Assembly (NCBI GenBank): GCA_038213805.1
Contig: JBBQSO010000018.1
Span: forward strand, 9,486 to 73,485
Reading direction: 5' to 3'
Length of the DNA stretch: 64,000 nucleotides
Source of the DNA: Planctomycetota bacterium
GTDB lineage: Bacteria; Planctomycetota; UBA11346
Numbering within the stretch: the stretch's first letter is position 1; every line of letters begins with the position of its first letter. Positions 48,443-58,474 of the stretch are shown here, piece after piece. Under the pieces are notes generated by a model. That model ran no database searches. It saw only the letters and a program-made list of their open reading frames with translations, and was not told the DNA's origin. The position numbers and the translations under genes were made by a program.

Positions 48443-49717
48443 GTGAATTTCCATCTCCGCACCCCGCTCTTTCGACGCGCGTTCCTGCGCGCCGGCGCCA
48501 TCTGCCTCGCGCTTCCCTACCTGCATGCCATGGAACCGCCGCGGCCTGGCCCGCTCGTCGCCGCCCCGCGGCGGCTATTGTTGATCGCCCGCAACCTTGG
48601 TCTGCACGCGCCATTCTTGTTTCCGGAAACACCTGGCCTGACCTATGAATCGACCCGCTACCTGAAGCATTTGAATGAGCACCGCGGCACCTTCACGATC
48701 TTCTCGGGGATGTCGCACCTGCGCTACAGCAACCACCACAGCGAGCCCGGACTGTTCACCGGTGTCGATTGGGATCGCATCAAGGATCCCGCCAAGGAGC
48801 ACCGCAACAGCATTTCCCTCGACCAGTACGCCTCTGAGCGCATCGGCGGCGATACGCGCTTCTCAAATCTGGTCATCGGTTCCTCCGTACAGTGGCCATT
48901 CTCATGGACCGATCGCGGACTGCCGGTGCCCAGCGAAGGCCGACACCACCACGTTTTCAACCAGCTATTCATGGAAGGCTCCGCGGACGAGGTCGGCATC
49001 GAGGTGCAGCGGCTCATTAATGGTCGCAGTATCCTGGATCAGATCCAATCCGAGGCGGCGGCCCTGGGGCGCCAACTCGGAGCAGAGGATCGTCAGCGCA
49101 TTGATCTGATGTTCAGTTCCATCCGGGACGCTGAACGTCGCCTGCAACGCGCACAGGAATGGGCGAACAAGCCGAAGCCGGCGGTCTCATTCGCAATGCC
49201 TGATCAGGAACCAACCAACGACCACATGGTGGAACGCCAGACCCTGTGGCTTGATCTCGTGCGCTTGGCATTCGAGACCGACTCCACGCGCGTGATTCTG
49301 CTCACCCTGGGCGATGTCGGCCGGGCGAAGCTCGACGGTCTCACCATGGGACACCATGACGCTTCCCATCATGGAAAGGAGGACAGCAAAATCGCACAAC
49401 TGGCACTGATCGAGGAGGCGGAACTCCAGGTCTTCAGCCGCTTCCTTGCCACTATGAAGCAGAGCGCCAGCGTCGGTGGGACTCTATTTGATCACACTGC
49501 GATCGTGCATGTCAGCAACCTGGGCAATGCCTCCGCCCATACGTGCGAAAACCTTCCCGTGATCCTCGCTGGCGGCGGGTTCCGTCATCAAGGCCATGTC
49601 CTGCATGACCGCATGCGGAACGTACCTCTCAGCAACCTCTATACGCGCGTCCTTCAGCAAACCGGCATTGCCACCGAATCGTTCGGGTGCAGTACGGAGG
49701 TCTACCAATTCGTGTAA
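48443..49717 (+). CDS. DUF1552 (HXXSHH) family protein, Tat substrate
   Basis: RRAFLRAG...LALPYL, SISLDQ, LAFETDSTRV, HHDASHH, NLPVILAGG, PLSNLY. Confidence 0.93.
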   Translation: MNFHLRTPLFRRAFLRAGAICLALPYLHAMEPPRPGPLVAAPRRLLLIARNLGLHAPFLFPETPGLTYESTRYLKHLNEHRGTFTIFSGMSHLRYSNHHSEPGLFTGVDWDRIKDPAKEHRNSISLDQYASERIGGDTRFSNLVIGSSVQWPFSWTDRGLPVPSEGRHHHVFNQLFMEGSADEVGIEVQRLINGRSILDQIQSEAAALGRQLGAEDRQRIDLMFSSIRDAERRLQRAQEWANKPKPAVSFAMPDQEPTNDHMVERQTLWLDLVRLAFETDSTRVILLTLGDVGRAKLDGLTMGHHDASHHGKEDSKIAQLALIEEAELQVFSRFLATMKQSASVGGTLFDHTAIVHVSNLGNASAHTCENLPVILAGGGFRHQGHVLHDRMRNVPLSNLYTRVLQQTGIATESFGCSTEVYQFV

Positions 49718-50108
49718 GTATGTTTTCCAGTAAATCCGTCGCCAGGCGTTGACGTTATTCCCAGAAACGATAGCATATCCTGCAACAGGCAGTGCCCAAG
49801 CAGACTCAATGGGTACCAATGCCCATGCCATAGCACGCCGCTACCGGGTTCGTTCAGTGAGTAATAGGCTGTGCACATCGTGCGCCTGCATCGAATGGTG
49901 ATGCTGTTCCAGCTCACCCGCATGGCCGAGATGGCTATTGGAAGCTGGTTCGAGCTAGCCTCTGCATTCGCTAGCGACCGAGGGCCTAACTCGTTCCTCG
50001 ATGATCGGCCTGCTCTCCACCAGTAGGAGACGCACACCGTCACCCTCCTCCACGTCGTTTCACAAAGAATCCTCCGGTAAAGATGTTTCCTGGTGTACGT
50101 ATTCCCTC

Positions 50109-50663
50109 ATGGAGCCACTTCTTCCCACGCCCGCTACCGGTGCCGCGGCAAGCGACCGCAATGAGCAGTTCGTGGTTTTGCTTCAGGGGGCGCAGCGTCG
50201 TCTTCAGGCTTACCTCGCGACCCTACTCGGCAATCGGCATGACGCCGAGGATGCATTGCAGCGGGTGAGCATCATTCTTTGGCGGAAGTTTGCCGACTTC
50301 GAGTTGGGGAGCGATTTCCTGGCCTGGGCGATCACCGTCGCGCGTTTCGAGGCCCGTAACTTCCAACGTGTGTCCGGCCGCTCGCGCCTGCGTTTCGGCG
50401 ATGACCTGATGGAGCTGCTGGCGGAGGAGCGCGCCCCGGACCTTCTTCTGCTGGATAACCGGCTGGACGCGCTCGATGAATGCCTGCGGGAGCTCGATCC
50501 ACCGAGCCGATCCCTTCTGGAGTCGGCCTACCAGCAGGACTCTACCATCGCTGATCTCGCCGCCCGCCTCGGCAAGGCGCCGCAAACTTTGTATAACCGC
50601 CTCAATACCCTACGTCGCAGCCTGGTCGCTTGCATTGAGCATCGGATCGGGGAACCCGCGTGA
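50109..50663 (+). CDS. ECF sigma-70 factor (Planctomycete/Verrucomicrobia type)
   Basis: AEDALQ...LWRKF..F..GSDFLAWA..VARF, ALDECL..L, LYNRL..LRRSL..CI. Confidence 0.93.
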   Translation: MEPLLPTPATGAAASDRNEQFVVLLQGAQRRLQAYLATLLGNRHDAEDALQRVSIILWRKFADFELGSDFLAWAITVARFEARNFQRVSGRSRLRFGDDLMELLAEERAPDLLLLDNRLDALDECLRELDPPSRSLLESAYQQDSTIADLAARLGKAPQTLYNRLNTLRRSLVACIEHRIGEPA

Positions 50664-52126
50664 ACGGCGACGGCGGTTCTGATCCAGACGCAGCGGAGCT
50701 GCGGCGCCAAGAACTCTTCCGGCTCTTCGGGGCCATCGGCGACGGCACCATCAATGACGCTGATCACGAGCGGCTGCAGGCCCTGCTCGCCAGCGATGCG
50801 CGGGCTCGTCATCTTTGGTTCATCTACAACGATCTCGAGGCCGGACTCGATACCTGGGCCGCTGCGCAACCGCGACCCGTGCATGCCAGCTCTCGAACTG
50901 CCATCGAAGAATCGCTCATGGCAGCTCAGGATCCTTCGTCGAGTAAGCGCGGAATGCTCGTGCCGACACGCGCCGGACGCCATTTCCTGCGGTCGAGTTG
51001 GAGATTCATCGCCGTAGCTGCTGCGATGGTAGTTGCGGTCCTGGGGATCAACCTGCACGTCCTTCCTATCTCGGCTCCGGCAGCTTTAGCAGCGCCAGCA
51101 GCCTTTGCTGCGCTCAGCGGCGAGATCGACGCTCGGTGGGGCGATGATGCGTTGTCGCGTCTGCTCGCGGCGGGCGCGCTGCCCACTGATCTGGTGCACC
51201 TAGTATCCGGCAGCGCGCAATTCACCTTCGCCAGCGGCGCTACCGTCGTCATCCAGGGTCCGGCCGAATTCGCGCTGCGCGGGCCGCTCCGCATAGAGAT
51301 GCTGTCAGGCAAAGTTCTTTGCCGGTGCCCGCTTGAGCCTTCGCGCCTGACCGTCGTTACACCGGCGATAGAGGTCACTGACCTCGGCACGGAGTTCGTG
51401 GTGGATGCGGGCGGCGAGCAGAGGACGCGCGTCGCGGTGATCCAGGGTGAGGTCCTCGTCGCCCGCAACGGCCAGCGCTTCCACATGCGCACCGGCCAGA
51501 CCTTTGCGGTGAGCCTAGATGGTCATGTCGAATACGATGCGCCCTTCCGCGATCGCTTTCTTCCCATCGTCAGAATTGACGAAGCGGAGAGACCTGGAAC
51601 AGCCGTCGGCGCCAACCTGCTCGCCGATCCAGGCTTTGAGGTCCACCAGCTGATCGCGAGCGACGCAGGCCCTGGGGTTTGGCATGGAACGGCTGGCGCC
51701 ACGGCCCGCCTGCCCGGCCGTGGGCGCGCAGGCTCGGTTGCCGCGTGCATCGATTCGGCGATGGGGCTGACCTACCCGCTCGTCAGACAACTGGTTACTA
51801 CCGGGGATGTCGGTGGCCGAGAGGTCCAGGCCAGTGTCTGGCTGGCGCAGCCGCGCGAGAATCCCTTACGTGGCACGCAGGATGCCATCCTTAAGCTGAC
51901 GTTCCGAGATCATGCCGGTCACTACGCCTGGGCGCAGCGTCGTCTGCCCGTGGCATCCAATGAAGCTGAGCATTTCCTGCAGTCGCGCCTGTCCGCCGTC
52001 GCGCCCCCCGGCACCGACCAGGTGCTCTTCGAAGTGCTGGTGAACACCGCGGGGAGGATGCATGGTTCCATCCTCATTGACGATGCGGCAGTCGTGATCG
52101 CCGAACCCGTCGCAGCGCGTCCATGA
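50660..52126 (+). CDS. FecR-family anti-sigma factor with C-terminal CBM4/9-like domain
   Basis: GTGA-coupled to the sigma; TM segment; FASGATVVIQGPAEF, VTDLGTEFVV, VIQGEV; then NLLADPGFE...IDDA. Confidence 0.88.
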   Translation: MNGDGGSDPDAAELRRQELFRLFGAIGDGTINDADHERLQALLASDARARHLWFIYNDLEAGLDTWAAAQPRPVHASSRTAIEESLMAAQDPSSSKRGMLVPTRAGRHFLRSSWRFIAVAAAMVVAVLGINLHVLPISAPAALAAPAAFAALSGEIDARWGDDALSRLLAAGALPTDLVHLVSGSAQFTFASGATVVIQGPAEFALRGPLRIEMLSGKVLCRCPLEPSRLTVVTPAIEVTDLGTEFVVDAGGEQRTRVAVIQGEVLVARNGQRFHMRTGQTFAVSLDGHVEYDAPFRDRFLPIVRIDEAERPGTAVGANLLADPGFEVHQLIASDAGPGVWHGTAGATARLPGRGRAGSVAACIDSAMGLTYPLVRQLVTTGDVGGREVQASVWLAQPRENPLRGTQDAILKLTFRDHAGHYAWAQRRLPVASNEAEHFLQSRLSAVAPPGTDQVLFEVLVNTAGRMHGSILIDDAAVVIAEPVAARP

Positions 52127-53583
52127 GCCGCCAAGTTCGCGGCCGGCTGCCGATGAGCGCAGCCGGTGCCAATTTTCTTCAGTGCATGGCCTGCTTGGCT
52201 CTGGTGGCCGGCGCCAACGGCGATGACGTTGCCAGCGCCGCCGTTGTCACCATGCCTCCCTTCGTGGACGGTGACCGCGTCTGCTTCGTCGGTGACAGCA
52301 TCACCAAGGGTGGCGACTTCCACGCGTTCATCGAGCTCTTCTATGCGACGCGCTGCGCCGATCGGGCAATCGCTTGGTACAATTGCGGCGTGGGGGGCGA
52401 CCGAGCCAAGGCCATGATGCAGGTCGCGCGGTATCGCATCGAAACCGACGTCCTCACGCACCGTCCGACGGTGGTCGTCGTGATGCTCGGCATGAACGAT
52501 GTCGATCGCAACGCCTATGCCCTCACCCCCGGCGCACCGGCTACCGATCGCCAGCGCCAGGGCATGCAGGACTATGAAACCGGGATGATCGCGCTCATCG
52601 CCGCGCTCAGGGCGGATGGCGCGCGCGCGATCCTGCTCACCCCGTCGCCCTACGACGAGACGGCGGCGATCCCCCAGCGCGAAACCATCGTCGGCGTCGA
52701 CGGGGCGCTGGCCCGGTGTTCCGTGCTGGTCACGGGCTGGTCAGCGAGCCTGCATACCGGGCTGGTCGACCTGCACGGGCCGATGACCGCAATCAGCCGC
52801 AGGGAGCAGGCGCGCGATCCGCGCTTCTCGCTCATTGGCGCCGGCAAGGACTGGAACGACCGCGTGCATCCTGGACCGGTCGCGAATCTGGTCATGGCCT
52901 ACGCCTTCCTAATGGCTCAGGGCCTGCCCCGGGAAGTCGCGCGCATCTCCATCGACGGTCGCACCGGCTCACCCGCCGCCCCGCAGCGCTGTCGGATCGA
53001 GGGCGCCACCGCCACGCCGACGCGGATCGCATTTATCTGCAAAGAGGAGGGCATCCCCTTCGTCGCTCCCGAGGCAGCCCGCGCCGCCATGGACCTCGTC
53101 CCCTTCCTGGCGGACCTCGACCGTGAGACGCTGCAGGTCGCCAACCTGGACGAAGGCCGCTGGAAACTCTCGATCGACGACCAGGAGATCGCGACCTGGA
53201 CGGCGGCACAATTGGCCGTCGGCATCGAACTCGCCGAGAACACCAGCACGCCTCAGCATCAGCAGTCCCGTCGAGCGCTGCAGGTGTGCATCGAGCGCCG
53301 ACGTCTCGGCGAGCAACTGCGCGAGCTGGCGACGCTGAAGTACGGCATGGCCAAGGACGGACTCGATCCGGGCGACGTGCAGGCGGTTGCGCGCTATATC
53401 GATGAACGCATCGCGATCGCCACCCGGTCCGGTGGTCAAGTCCCGGGCTACCTGGCTGATGGCCGACGCCCGCTGCTGGAGCCCGGCCGGTGGGAAAAAC
53501 AATACGATGCGCTCAGCGTCGCCATGCGCGAGGCATGCAGGCCTGTCAGCCACCGCTTCGTTCTGATCAGGGAAACGCCATGA
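52123..53583 (+). CDS. SGNH/GDSL esterase with C-terminal extension
   Basis: FVGDSIT, NCGVGGD, MLGMND, TPSPYDE, DRVHPG. Confidence 0.9.
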   Translation: MSRQVRGRLPMSAAGANFLQCMACLALVAGANGDDVASAAVVTMPPFVDGDRVCFVGDSITKGGDFHAFIELFYATRCADRAIAWYNCGVGGDRAKAMMQVARYRIETDVLTHRPTVVVVMLGMNDVDRNAYALTPGAPATDRQRQGMQDYETGMIALIAALRADGARAILLTPSPYDETAAIPQRETIVGVDGALARCSVLVTGWSASLHTGLVDLHGPMTAISRREQARDPRFSLIGAGKDWNDRVHPGPVANLVMAYAFLMAQGLPREVARISIDGRTGSPAAPQRCRIEGATATPTRIAFICKEEGIPFVAPEAARAAMDLVPFLADLDRETLQVANLDEGRWKLSIDDQEIATWTAAQLAVGIELAENTSTPQHQQSRRALQVCIERRRLGEQLRELATLKYGMAKDGLDPGDVQAVARYIDERIAIATRSGGQVPGYLADGRRPLLEPGRWEKQYDALSVAMREACRPVSHRFVLIRETP

Positions 53584-56516
53584 ACCTCGGTCGCACTCCT
53601 TTGGACGCCTGCCAAGGTTCACGCTCCGGATGCCCGCGACCGCAAGCGCTCGTGCAAAACATGGTGATAGCGACGTTGATCTGGCTTGCGCCGCTCGCCT
53701 GCGCCCGTGCGGCAGACGTCGGTCCAACTGTCTGGACCCTCGATACCGGCGGGATCGCCGGTCAGGATGAATCGTACTTGGTCGGAGCTCTGCAGGGGCT
53801 GGTCAACCGCGATCACCCGCGGCTCTATCTCAACCATGCGAGCCCACAATGCGCCGGGGCGGGCAACGTGTTCGCGCACTTCCTGCAGGAACGCAAAGGC
53901 ATCGTCTTTGGTGTCTTGCCCACGCTGCAGGAAGCGGTCACGCGCTTCGCCGCGACCACTGGCGCCGACGGCAAGAAGCTCATCAAGGGACTGGTGGTAT
54001 ACGATCCAGGCCATGGACGCTCCTACCTGCATTGGATCGCGGGGAATATCGCCGCGCAGGAGGGGCTGCTGCCGGTCACTCCTGGCATCATGGCTGGCGA
54101 AACCTCCCTGCTGTCGGGTCGGGACCGCTGGAGCGATGACATCGCGATGCATGGATGGGATGACATGTTCGCTGGCGCGACCGCCACGCCCCACGGGCTC
54201 GAGATCCGCGGCAGCGACGACCAGTTCCGCTGCGGCAAGCTCGGCTCTTACCGGCATAAATGGATCCAGCTCGACCTCGCTCGCACCCCCAAGCTCGAGA
54301 TCACCATTGCCGCGTTGTCGCCTGGCGGCAGCTGGGGACTCGCGGTCGACCTGGGATCGACGATCAGGACGGACCTGAATCCGACCGGGACCGTGGTAGC
54401 GGCTAACCGTACGGACACCGGAACCTTCGTCTTTGATCTTGCCGCTAGCGGCAAGTTCGACCCCACCGCCGGGCGGGCCGACCTGCATCTGTGCGTGACC
54501 ACGGCTAAGGCGACGGTCACAGTCAGTCGCGTTCGCCTGCTGGATGCCTCAGGTAATGCCCAGCCCGTGTCACCGTCGCTGCCACTCACACGAGATTGGC
54601 TCGCCGGGCTCCCGATCGTCCACGACCTGCGCGATCAGACCGCATATCCGGATCTGGACACCGAGGAGCACGCATGTGCGTGGTCCATCGCCCATCAGCT
54701 GCCGCTCTGCGATCGACACGGCGCCTTTTTCGCACCGGAGTGGACCCTGTATGCGCTCGACGAGGCCATCGCCAAGCGCGCCTATATTTTTCATCAAGAT
54801 CTCACGCCGTACGCTCAGCCCTTCCCGCATTTGGACGAGATCCTAGCGAGATTGACGCCGCCGGCGCTCATCTCGGGCTGGCTGAAGGACGAAAGCTATT
54901 ACATCCATAAGCTCGGGTCGTACGGACATCGCCAAGCTTGGCTGTGCGAGAATCTCTCCTTCTGGAAACATGTGCCTGCCGACCCGGGAAAGCACCTGCC
55001 GCAAACGCGCCAGGTGGCTGAGATGGAGCGCATCTGCTATGTGAACTTCAGCGGCGCATCCGGGGACGTGGTGCTCCAGCCCGCCGGGATGATGAGCCAT
55101 TACTGGTTCGATCCGGCTCGGGGCACGGTGCCGGTGACCTGGGGACTGAACCCATGCTTGGCGCAGCTCGCCCCGGCGATGGTGGAATACTTCGCCCGTA
55201 CCGCCACGCCCCTGGATTCCTTCTGGGCGGGACCCAGCGGGTCCGGTTATACCTCGCCATCGGCGATGTCCCCAGCGCAGCTGGCGGCCTTCGCGAACGT
55301 CACTCGCAGCGACATGGCGCAGCTCGGGATGAGCCCAGCGGTCGACCTGTGGGATTCCGTCCCGGGTGTTCACTTCGATGATATCAACCGTCACTTCACT
55401 CAGATCGCTGATTCGCAATTTCCACCGATCGGCCTGTTTACGCCCTGCGTGTGGAATGACGAGCACAACCCCCTGAACCAGTGGATGGATGATGGGACTC
55501 CAGTATTCTTTCCCGACCACTCGCTCTTCTCACTCTGGGAGGAGCCGAGCTCCGGGATCGACTGCAGCTCACAGCAGGCAATGGCCAAGGCTATCGCCGC
55601 GCGCATCGTTTCCGTAGCCGACAAGCATGCCGACGAGCTGCCTTATTTTCTCACCTTGAACATTCGTTGGTCGCCCACGGTCTATCGCATGGTCATGGAC
55701 CTGCTGCCGCGCGGGCGCTTCCGCGTCGTGGGCATGCCGGATTTCATCGCCTTGGCGCAGGAGGCCGGTGCGCTCGCTGTCCGTCCTTTGGTGACCGGCG
55801 TCGGCTCGAACGGCACCCTCGCCGTAGATATCCGGCTGCACAACCTCAGCGGAACCACCGGCGCCGCTGGTGCGATACGCTGGAATCTGCCGGTGGGCTG
55901 GAGCGCGCAGGAAGAGCAGTGGGCGCACGGGCCCGTCGCCAAAGGGACCACGCTGTCCCATCGCTTGTTACTGACAGCGCCGCGCTTCGCCGAACGCGGG
56001 GTCGCTCAGGTTTCCTTCTCCGACAGCCGTGTGCCCGCGGTCACCCGTTCGCTGAGGCTATCCACGCATCCGGACGGGAGCTTGCTCAGCGACGGTAGCA
56101 GCCAGACCGGGTGGCACGCAAGCGGTGGCGCGGCACTTGCCGTGCGGGATGGACGGGTGGTCATTACCCCAGCCACTGTGGTGCAAGACAGCTGGCGGCA
56201 GAAGGCGCCGGAAAGCAACGGACGCGCCACCTTTGCGCTCGGCAAAATGGATTTCGCGCGTCTTCCCATCCTCGAAGTCCATCTCCCTGCAAACTTCAGC
56301 AAGACGTGCATCGGGGTGAGCAATGGCGATCGCCACGTCCAGCTCGCCGAGACCAGTGCCCCGGGAGTCTTCACTTTCGACTTGGCCAAGATGACGAAAT
56401 GGACCGGAGTCACCGATGCCGTCCTGACCATTGATCCGGGTGTCACGTGGGGTTTCCACGTCGAACTCGGACCGATCGCGCTCTTTACGATGCCTTCGTC
56501 CTCTGCGACGCGCTGA
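53580..56516 (+). CDS. GxGYxYP-like putative glycoside hydrolase with NEW3-like and duplicated beta-sandwich domains
   Basis: LQGLVNR..PRLY, GLVVYDP, NLSF, W.DPARG.VP.TW...P.L..LAP...EY, AGPSGSGY; LPVGWS (NEW3-like). Confidence 0.75.
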   Translation: MNLGRTPLDACQGSRSGCPRPQALVQNMVIATLIWLAPLACARAADVGPTVWTLDTGGIAGQDESYLVGALQGLVNRDHPRLYLNHASPQCAGAGNVFAHFLQERKGIVFGVLPTLQEAVTRFAATTGADGKKLIKGLVVYDPGHGRSYLHWIAGNIAAQEGLLPVTPGIMAGETSLLSGRDRWSDDIAMHGWDDMFAGATATPHGLEIRGSDDQFRCGKLGSYRHKWIQLDLARTPKLEITIAALSPGGSWGLAVDLGSTIRTDLNPTGTVVAANRTDTGTFVFDLAASGKFDPTAGRADLHLCVTTAKATVTVSRVRLLDASGNAQPVSPSLPLTRDWLAGLPIVHDLRDQTAYPDLDTEEHACAWSIAHQLPLCDRHGAFFAPEWTLYALDEAIAKRAYIFHQDLTPYAQPFPHLDEILARLTPPALISGWLKDESYYIHKLGSYGHRQAWLCENLSFWKHVPADPGKHLPQTRQVAEMERICYVNFSGASGDVVLQPAGMMSHYWFDPARGTVPVTWGLNPCLAQLAPAMVEYFARTATPLDSFWAGPSGSGYTSPSAMSPAQLAAFANVTRSDMAQLGMSPAVDLWDSVPGVHFDDINRHFTQIADSQFPPIGLFTPCVWNDEHNPLNQWMDDGTPVFFPDHSLFSLWEEPSSGIDCSSQQAMAKAIAARIVSVADKHADELPYFLTLNIRWSPTVYRMVMDLLPRGRFRVVGMPDFIALAQEAGALAVRPLVTGVGSNGTLAVDIRLHNLSGTTGAAGAIRWNLPVGWSAQEEQWAHGPVAKGTTLSHRLLLTAPRFAERGVAQVSFSDSRVPAVTRSLRLSTHPDGSLLSDGSSQTGWHASGGAALAVRDGRVVITPATVVQDSWRQKAPESNGRATFALGKMDFARLPILEVHLPANFSKTCIGVSNGDRHVQLAETSAPGVFTFDLAKMTKWTGVTDAVLTIDPGVTWGFHVELGPIALFTMPSSSATR

Positions 56517-56559
56517 GCCGGGAGCTAATTGTTTCAAAGACCGTTTCGTGGAGCTCTGC

Positions 56560-58089
56560 ATGGTCATCCGTTCAATCCTCGCGCTGCTGGCCCTGGCATG
56601 CGGCTCGTTCTCCGGAGGCGGGCTTTGCGCGGCCGAGGCTGATGGGGCAGGGGAATTGGTCATCTGCATCGCTTCCAAAGGCCAGTTCGCCAATGGGCAG
56701 TCCGCAGACCGCGAGGGCCTGCGAGGGCTGGCTGAGCTCGCGCACCGCTATGGGTTCCCGGTAACCTACTACCTCAAGCCCTTCGCGGCTGCCGCGTCGC
56801 GTGACGAGCTGCGTGAATGGCACCGCGCCAATGGAGACGAGGTCGGCTGGTTCAGCGAGGGCACACCGCTTGCCAGCGCGGAGGCCGAACTCTCCGACCT
56901 TCGCGAGATAGTCGATTGGGCGCCAGTCGAATCGACCGGCAACACCAAATACGGTCCCGAATGGGTGGATCTCTACCGTCGCGGCGGCATCGCTTCGGTT
57001 TGGGGACGCTGCTACGAGCAGACTTTTGTCGACGGCATCACCGACCGTGGCTGCCCGCATGGATTCTATTACGCCATGCGCGACTGCTACAAGGCGCCCA
57101 GCCCGGTGGATGGTGGCGTCATCAGTGTCCCGTGGCTGTCGAACGATCTGAATCTGTGCTTCCGCACGGCTTGGCAGCCCACCTTCACCTTCGACCCCAA
57201 TGATACGCAGGACCTCGGCGTGTCGACGCCGGACGATGCCACTTTTTGGGAGGCGGAGCTGGACCAATACCAGGCCCAGGTCCGGCTCAACTGCGTCGTA
57301 CCGCTGGTCATCCAGCAAGAGCTCAGCGAATTCTCCGCTCTGAATCCCTGGAAGCGCGACGGCGCCGCCATCCTCGAGAATCTCTTCAAGACCATTAAGC
57401 GGCGCGGCCTGCGCGTGGTGACGGTCGGTGCAGCGGTGCGCCGCTACCGCGCGGCCTACCCGGAACGCACGCCACCCACCTATGCTTTGTTCGGCAATGT
57501 CGGCAAGCTTCCGATCATCCGCGATTGTGGTCACTTCCGTCTTAGCGCCGAGCGTTTCACCACCGGTACCGGACCCACCATCAACGGGTTCTATGCCTGC
57601 AATCGCACAGGAGATATCCGGAACTACTACCAGCCGCAAGGAATCCGGTTCGAAGATCAACCCGACGTCTTCACGTACTACGATCGCAACGGTCTGCTGG
57701 TCTTCTCGCGAGGTGACCAGAGGCCGATACGCATCACCTCCTACATGGGCCTCCCGCCTAACTCGTACGGCGAAGCAATCCTTCCCGAAATGTCGGACTG
57801 GTACGACACTCGCCGTCACATCCCCGATGCGGATATCGAGCGGACGCCTCGGCCGGGTGGTTTCCATCTCCATATCCATGTCAACGCCCACCCGAACCCG
57901 GTCTTCGCTGGCTCATGGCTGCCCTACGGCGTCATGCTGTGGGGGGACCATTCAGGAACTGTTGTCCCGGACAATGCCCCAGTCGGCACCAAGGTGATCG
58001 GTAACGACGGCCTCTTTGTCCCAATGATCCTGAGCAGCGGAGACAATGATCTGGATCTCGACTTCACAACGAAAATTCAACGGCAATAA
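56560..58089 (+). CDS. Secreted hypothetical protein, possibly GH57/NodB-like barrel (DUF3863-like)
   Basis: Signal peptide; AHRYGFPVTY, GDEVG, WG.CYEQ..VDGITDRGCP..FYY. Confidence 0.6.
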   Translation: MVIRSILALLALACGSFSGGGLCAAEADGAGELVICIASKGQFANGQSADREGLRGLAELAHRYGFPVTYYLKPFAAAASRDELREWHRANGDEVGWFSEGTPLASAEAELSDLREIVDWAPVESTGNTKYGPEWVDLYRRGGIASVWGRCYEQTFVDGITDRGCPHGFYYAMRDCYKAPSPVDGGVISVPWLSNDLNLCFRTAWQPTFTFDPNDTQDLGVSTPDDATFWEAELDQYQAQVRLNCVVPLVIQQELSEFSALNPWKRDGAAILENLFKTIKRRGLRVVTVGAAVRRYRAAYPERTPPTYALFGNVGKLPIIRDCGHFRLSAERFTTGTGPTINGFYACNRTGDIRNYYQPQGIRFEDQPDVFTYYDRNGLLVFSRGDQRPIRITSYMGLPPNSYGEAILPEMSDWYDTRRHIPDADIERTPRPGGFHLHIHVNAHPNPVFAGSWLPYGVMLWGDHSGTVVPDNAPVGTKVIGNDGLFVPMILSSGDNDLDLDFTTKIQRQ

Positions 58090-58474
58090 TGAATGATCAG
58101 CATAGCTGGTCGCGAGCGAGGAGAGAAGCCCTGAAAATAAGCTTGATGGAAGTGTGAAGCGAAGTGAGGAGGGCAAGGTGCTTGTCTCGCAAGTCGTCAA
58201 TCAATCGGACAAGGACGTGGCCATGATTGCCTACATCATTTTTCTATTTTCTTGTCTGCGATGTCCGAGGCCGAAGTCGCCGAAACATCCGTTCCACTCG
58301 AAATTTATAATATGTCCTAAAAACCACATCAGATCGTCCATAAAATAAAAACAGGAAACACAAAATCATCAATGGCCAATCCTCCTATGCATTTCCAGCC
58401 CATAGCTTCAGCATCATAGGTCTGAAATGACCAGCAGAGACTTCCATAAAACTTTCATCAACGATGAGGATGAC

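Noticed and set aside
49860..49985. Peptide AHIVRLHRMVMLFQLTRMAEMAIGSW, faintly like a transposase C-terminus
   Set aside because: Too short and divergent to support without a search.
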